A stretch of 64,000 bases of DNA from Oopsacas minuta. Lineage: Eukaryota; Animalia; Porifera. Under the pieces are notes generated by a model, which ran no database searches, was not told the origin of the DNA, and was given only the letters and a program-made list of their open reading frames with translations. Below are positions 61,990 to 64,000 of this stretch, piece by piece; within the stretch, counting starts at the first letter, position 1, and the number at the start of each line of letters is the position of its first letter. The stretch is from contig JAKMXF010000177.1 in the NCBI GenBank assembly GCA_024704765.1, positions 310,001-374,000 of the forward strand. Direction: 5' to 3'. A program made the position numbers and the translations under genes.

Positions 61990-63900
61990 ATGTCAAGAAA
62001 TATTTCATCCAGCCTGCCGAATAGAGCTGAGATAGTAGATTAGTTCGTAAAAAATATTCCCGGAACCGAATATGCCACACATTTTGCCTATATATGCCAA
62101 AGTAATGCTCGATCGGGTCATTTTGGAGAAATGAACTTAAAACATAAGTAAACCCACAATCTTTTGTAAGATGGTTGACTATATGTTCAAGGACAGCACA
62201 TACAGGGTGCAACGAAGGTGATACCATAGATAATTCATTAAAACTTATAAAATATTTGAGTAATTTGAAATATTATCGGTTTATATATGAACCATTTCGT
62301 TCTAATACAATTCTTATACGTTTCGGCATGCTAGCTACTAAATTATCTAAAATACTTGGATTAATGTCTCTCCATGCTAATTTTACTGTTTCTATTAGCT
62401 GTTCCCTCCTTGTGATTTTGCCCTCTTCTTTAACCTTCTCATTTACTATTCCCCAAAGGTTTTCAATAGGGTTTAATTCAGGGTAGTTTCCAGGCCATTC
62501 AATCTTACGCCAGAAAGCATTTAAATGATCTTGACACCACTTCTGCGTTGCATTGGCCGTGTGTGCCGGTGCACCATCTTGCATGAAGATGAATTCGGAC
62601 ATCTTTTCCAACATTGACCGCTCCAAAATCGATCCATTATTTCGACAACAGTGAACTGCCTCCATACAAGTCTTGGCCAAAATTTGATTAATGTAGTAGG
62701 CACTATTTACTGATTGACCTTGCGGGATTATTTGCAGTTCTGAAAGTGCCTGATGTGACATCATGCCCCACACATGAATCTTTGCTGGAAACTTAACTGA
62801 AAATACCGAAGGAACATATTGCTTATTCTTTGCCCAAACCCGATTATTTTGTTTGTTTGGCGTTGTAAAGAGCTGGAAGGGAGACTCATCTGACCAGAGA
62901 ACTTTTTCCAGTCGTTAACTGTCCAATTTTGATGCTTCCGAGCAAAGCTCAAACGATCTTGGATGTTCTTTTGAGATAATCGAGGTATTTCTTGCCTTTT
63001 GAAAGACCTAACACCCACAGATTCGGTCAAATGACGATGTACACACATATGAGCTACAGCATTGCCTCTATTCTTCAATTTCTGTGCAAGTTTTCTTGAG
63101 GATTGCCTGCATTTACCGAGGGACTTGGAAATAACAGTATTATCCGTCCGTTTCAAAATAGGAGGCCTCCCTGAACGAGGTTTAGTCACTAATGAACTAC
63201 CTTTTTTATACAAACTAGACCATCGTTTCACCGAAGAGATTGAAACATTCAAGTCTTGGGCCACTTTCTTCTGTGTGAACCCTCCATCTAGCATGCCTAT
63301 AGCTCGAGAACGAAGCAAGATTCCATGATCATAGACATCCATTAAGACGAAATAATATACCCTACTAAAATTGGAAAAAATTCAAATATTAGAATACAAT
63401 AAGTAATTAATGTAGTCAGAAATAATCTAAAGTACTATAACTATATTTTAGAAAAGTATAGGAAACAAACTATGTATGGTTCATAAATAATAAAGATTTT
63501 CATGGGAAAAATACAAGGTATCAACACTTTCGTTACACCCTGTAGACCATTTTTTACACAGACTTGATATCATAAAAGCAAGGACAGTAGTGGTTGCTTC
63601 AGTTTTAGTATTCTTCCCCCAATATAGGAAAACTCTGATTTAACATGTATCTCATCCAGTAGAAGCAATCAGATAGGTTTCCAACTGACACTCTAAACTT
63701 ATTGTTCCCCATAATGACGACGTAAAGTTGATGAATGGGGAAGTATCATGCAGTTTAACGCCTTGGGCGAAGTTCAGACTGCCATAACTGTAATTCTCGA
63801 ATTCTTCTAAGTAACTTTTTCGAATTCATAAAAAGGGTGTGTGGGGTTCAATTATGAAGAACTAGGGCCTAGAGTGGCTAGCATAGTCCCTTGTCGGTGG
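61990..63900 (-). pseudogene. P-element (THAP9-like) transposase relic interrupted by a Tc1
   Basis: MILPHSSTLRRHY; LLLDEIHVKSEFSYIGGRI (first D); TVLCFMISSLCKKWS; after the Tc1, GFTYVLSSFLQNDPIEHYFGIYRQ (D/E region). Confidence 0.75.
62203..63542 (-). mobile_element. Tc1-like (DD34E) transposon, near-intact
   Basis: TA|CAGGGTGCAACGAAGGTG and CACTTTCGTTACACCCTG|TA termini. Transposase 62273-63342 has one frameshift in a T5 run (62903-62907) and motifs WSDESPF, MQDGAPAH and YPELNPIENLW. Confidence 0.95.
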
Positions 63901-64000
63901 TCCGATGGATTTCTATAACGACTGTAAGTAGTAACAGGTAGATATCAAATGACATTTTAAAGCTAGCCATTGTAACCATGTTGTATCTTCTTCGACTCTT

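Noticed and set aside
1-64000. CRISPR array, prokaryotic defence operon, rRNA or tRNA genes
   Set aside because: No regularly spaced repeat-spacer units, operon structure or cloverleaf seen; the introns and TE content are eukaryotic.

Overview
AT-rich eukaryotic (animal-like) genomic DNA with GT-AG introns. It is almost entirely a graveyard of nested DNA transposons; I found no prokaryotic operon, rRNA, convincing tRNA or CRISPR array. Host-like coding content is small: the first coding exon of an inversin-like ankyrin-repeat gene (2590-2997, minus) and two intact, intronless ~110-aa bZIP genes, one CNC-like (34398-34745) and one Maf-like (50425-50760). Main structures resolved by hand: (1) a frameshifted Transib/RAG1-superfamily transposase relic with a RAG1L-like C-terminal Cys/His motif (4527-5330), back-to-back with a second, Chapaev-like relic; (2) a Ginger2/KRBA2-like element (6211-9473) split by a MITE; (3) a 13-kb Ginger1 element (13333-26387; ~205-bp TIRs, GGCC TSD, intron-containing integrase plus OTU protease) holding five direct insertions, among them a Tigger element that carries a HIRAN gene and an apparently perfect 871-bp-arm foldback; (4) further OTU and Ulp1-like protease relics; (5) several mariner, Tc1, hAT, P-element and Helitron/Helentron-like copies and many MITEs. 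All family assignments come from manual translation and motif recognition, not database searches. Coordinates of degenerate relics are approximate. The species cannot be established from the sequence.
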